A stretch of DNA of 55,293 bases from Conidiobolus incongruus B7586. Its lineage: Eukaryota. The stretch spans positions 1 to 55,293 of the forward strand of contig JNEM01008043.1 of the NCBI GenBank assembly GCA_000697335.1, in the 5' to 3' direction. The notes below the pieces were generated by a model. It was not told where the DNA came from, ran no database searches, and worked only from the letters and a program-made list of their open reading frames with translations. Numbering within the stretch: the stretch's first letter is position 1; the number at the start of each line of letters is the position of its first letter. Shown one piece after another: positions 54,193-55,293 of the stretch. Position numbers and translations under genes: made by a program.

Positions 54193-55293
54193 TTACTTTT
54201 ATTTGTCTAATTTAATTTAAATAAATATTTATTAGAAAATATTAACATATTATTATCAATTTTTTCAATCTAAATGCATAACTTATCATCTACCCATATT
54301 TTACAAATTTAGATATATTTAATTTTCCTTAAAAATACTAACAATTAATATTATTATTTCTATTTCCTAACCTTATCATAATCATCTCTAAAATATCGGA
54401 AATTTATTTTCATATTTTGTCAATCATTAACAAAATTTAAAAATAATTTTTTTTAATGCATAATAACCTTTTTTTTTCCATTAAAATTTTATTTTTTGCG
54501 GATTTTTTATTTTTGGAAAAATAGTGTTATTTTTATAAATTAATAACAATAATAATAATATTTAATTCATATGGATACCCTCTAATTAATCCTTTAATAG
54601 TTTATTTTTATTTCTTTAGAGTGTATGGATATTCTATAATTTTATTTACAAGTTGACATATCTTTGACTTGAATATACAAAAACATAATAATTATTTAAT
54701 TTTATTAATAACTCAAATATTATCTTAAAATTAGACAGATAAGTATTTTTTTCTGATTTTTTAAACACATTATTAGTTTCATAAAAAATAATATATAAAT
54801 AATAAATAGGAAATATAATTTTTTAAACTATATATAGATATTTAATTTTTTTGATTTAAAAATTAACTTTTCAAAATTTACAGATTATATTAATTATATT
54901 AAAATTAAATAATAATTATCCAAAGTATTTTATTTTAGAATTAGTAAAACTTAATTATAAACCTTTTAGAATCATTTAAAATTCATAAAAAAATTTAAAG
55001 ATAATGCTTTATTTAAATCATTTATTTATCACTAAATAAATTAAAGTTAAATAAGAAATTATTTAAAAATTTATTAAAATTTAAAATATTCATTTTTATT
55101 GTTATTCAATTAGTTATTAGTAAAATAATTAAAATAATTTAATATTAGCTATATGAATTTAATATATATATTAAAGTTTAAATATCATTTCATTAATAAA
55201 AATATAAATTAAATATTGTATAATTTTATTAAAATTAAAAAGAAGAATAATTATAATCAAATAAAGCTTATTAAATTATTATTAAAAAATTAA

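Overview
AT-rich eukaryotic DNA with short (~50 nt) GT-AG introns. Gene content (fungal-specific TF, THI5, AA11-like LPMO, Csm1, OPT) points to a fungus, probably early-diverging (Entomophthorales-like; inference only). I can support about 16 protein genes, in order: fungal TF, Rsa3-like, RPP2, glutaredoxin, two RidA paralogs, THI5, PMR1, RNF212/Zip3-like, XPB-1, Csm1-like, AA11-like LPMO, TAF6, DNAJC9-like, XPB-2 and an OPT transporter. There is also one tRNA-Gly(GCC) and several decayed mobile-element relics. Most interesting: (1) a tandem RidA pair where the same ~50-nt segment is an in-frame mitochondrial-presequence-like peptide in one copy and a spliceosomal intron in the other; (2) two intact, inverted XPB paralogs ~17 kb apart with patchy near-identity, including two identical introns; (3) a DNAJC9-like gene intact except for two in-frame TGA codons at basic-residue positions, in a window where no gene ends in TGA; (4) a decayed ORF made of three tandem piggyBac-like Cys-rich domains; (5) two diverged ~320-bp copies of a probable LTR, one next to a Ty3/gypsy pol relic. 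All family assignments come from motif recognition by eye; no searches were run.
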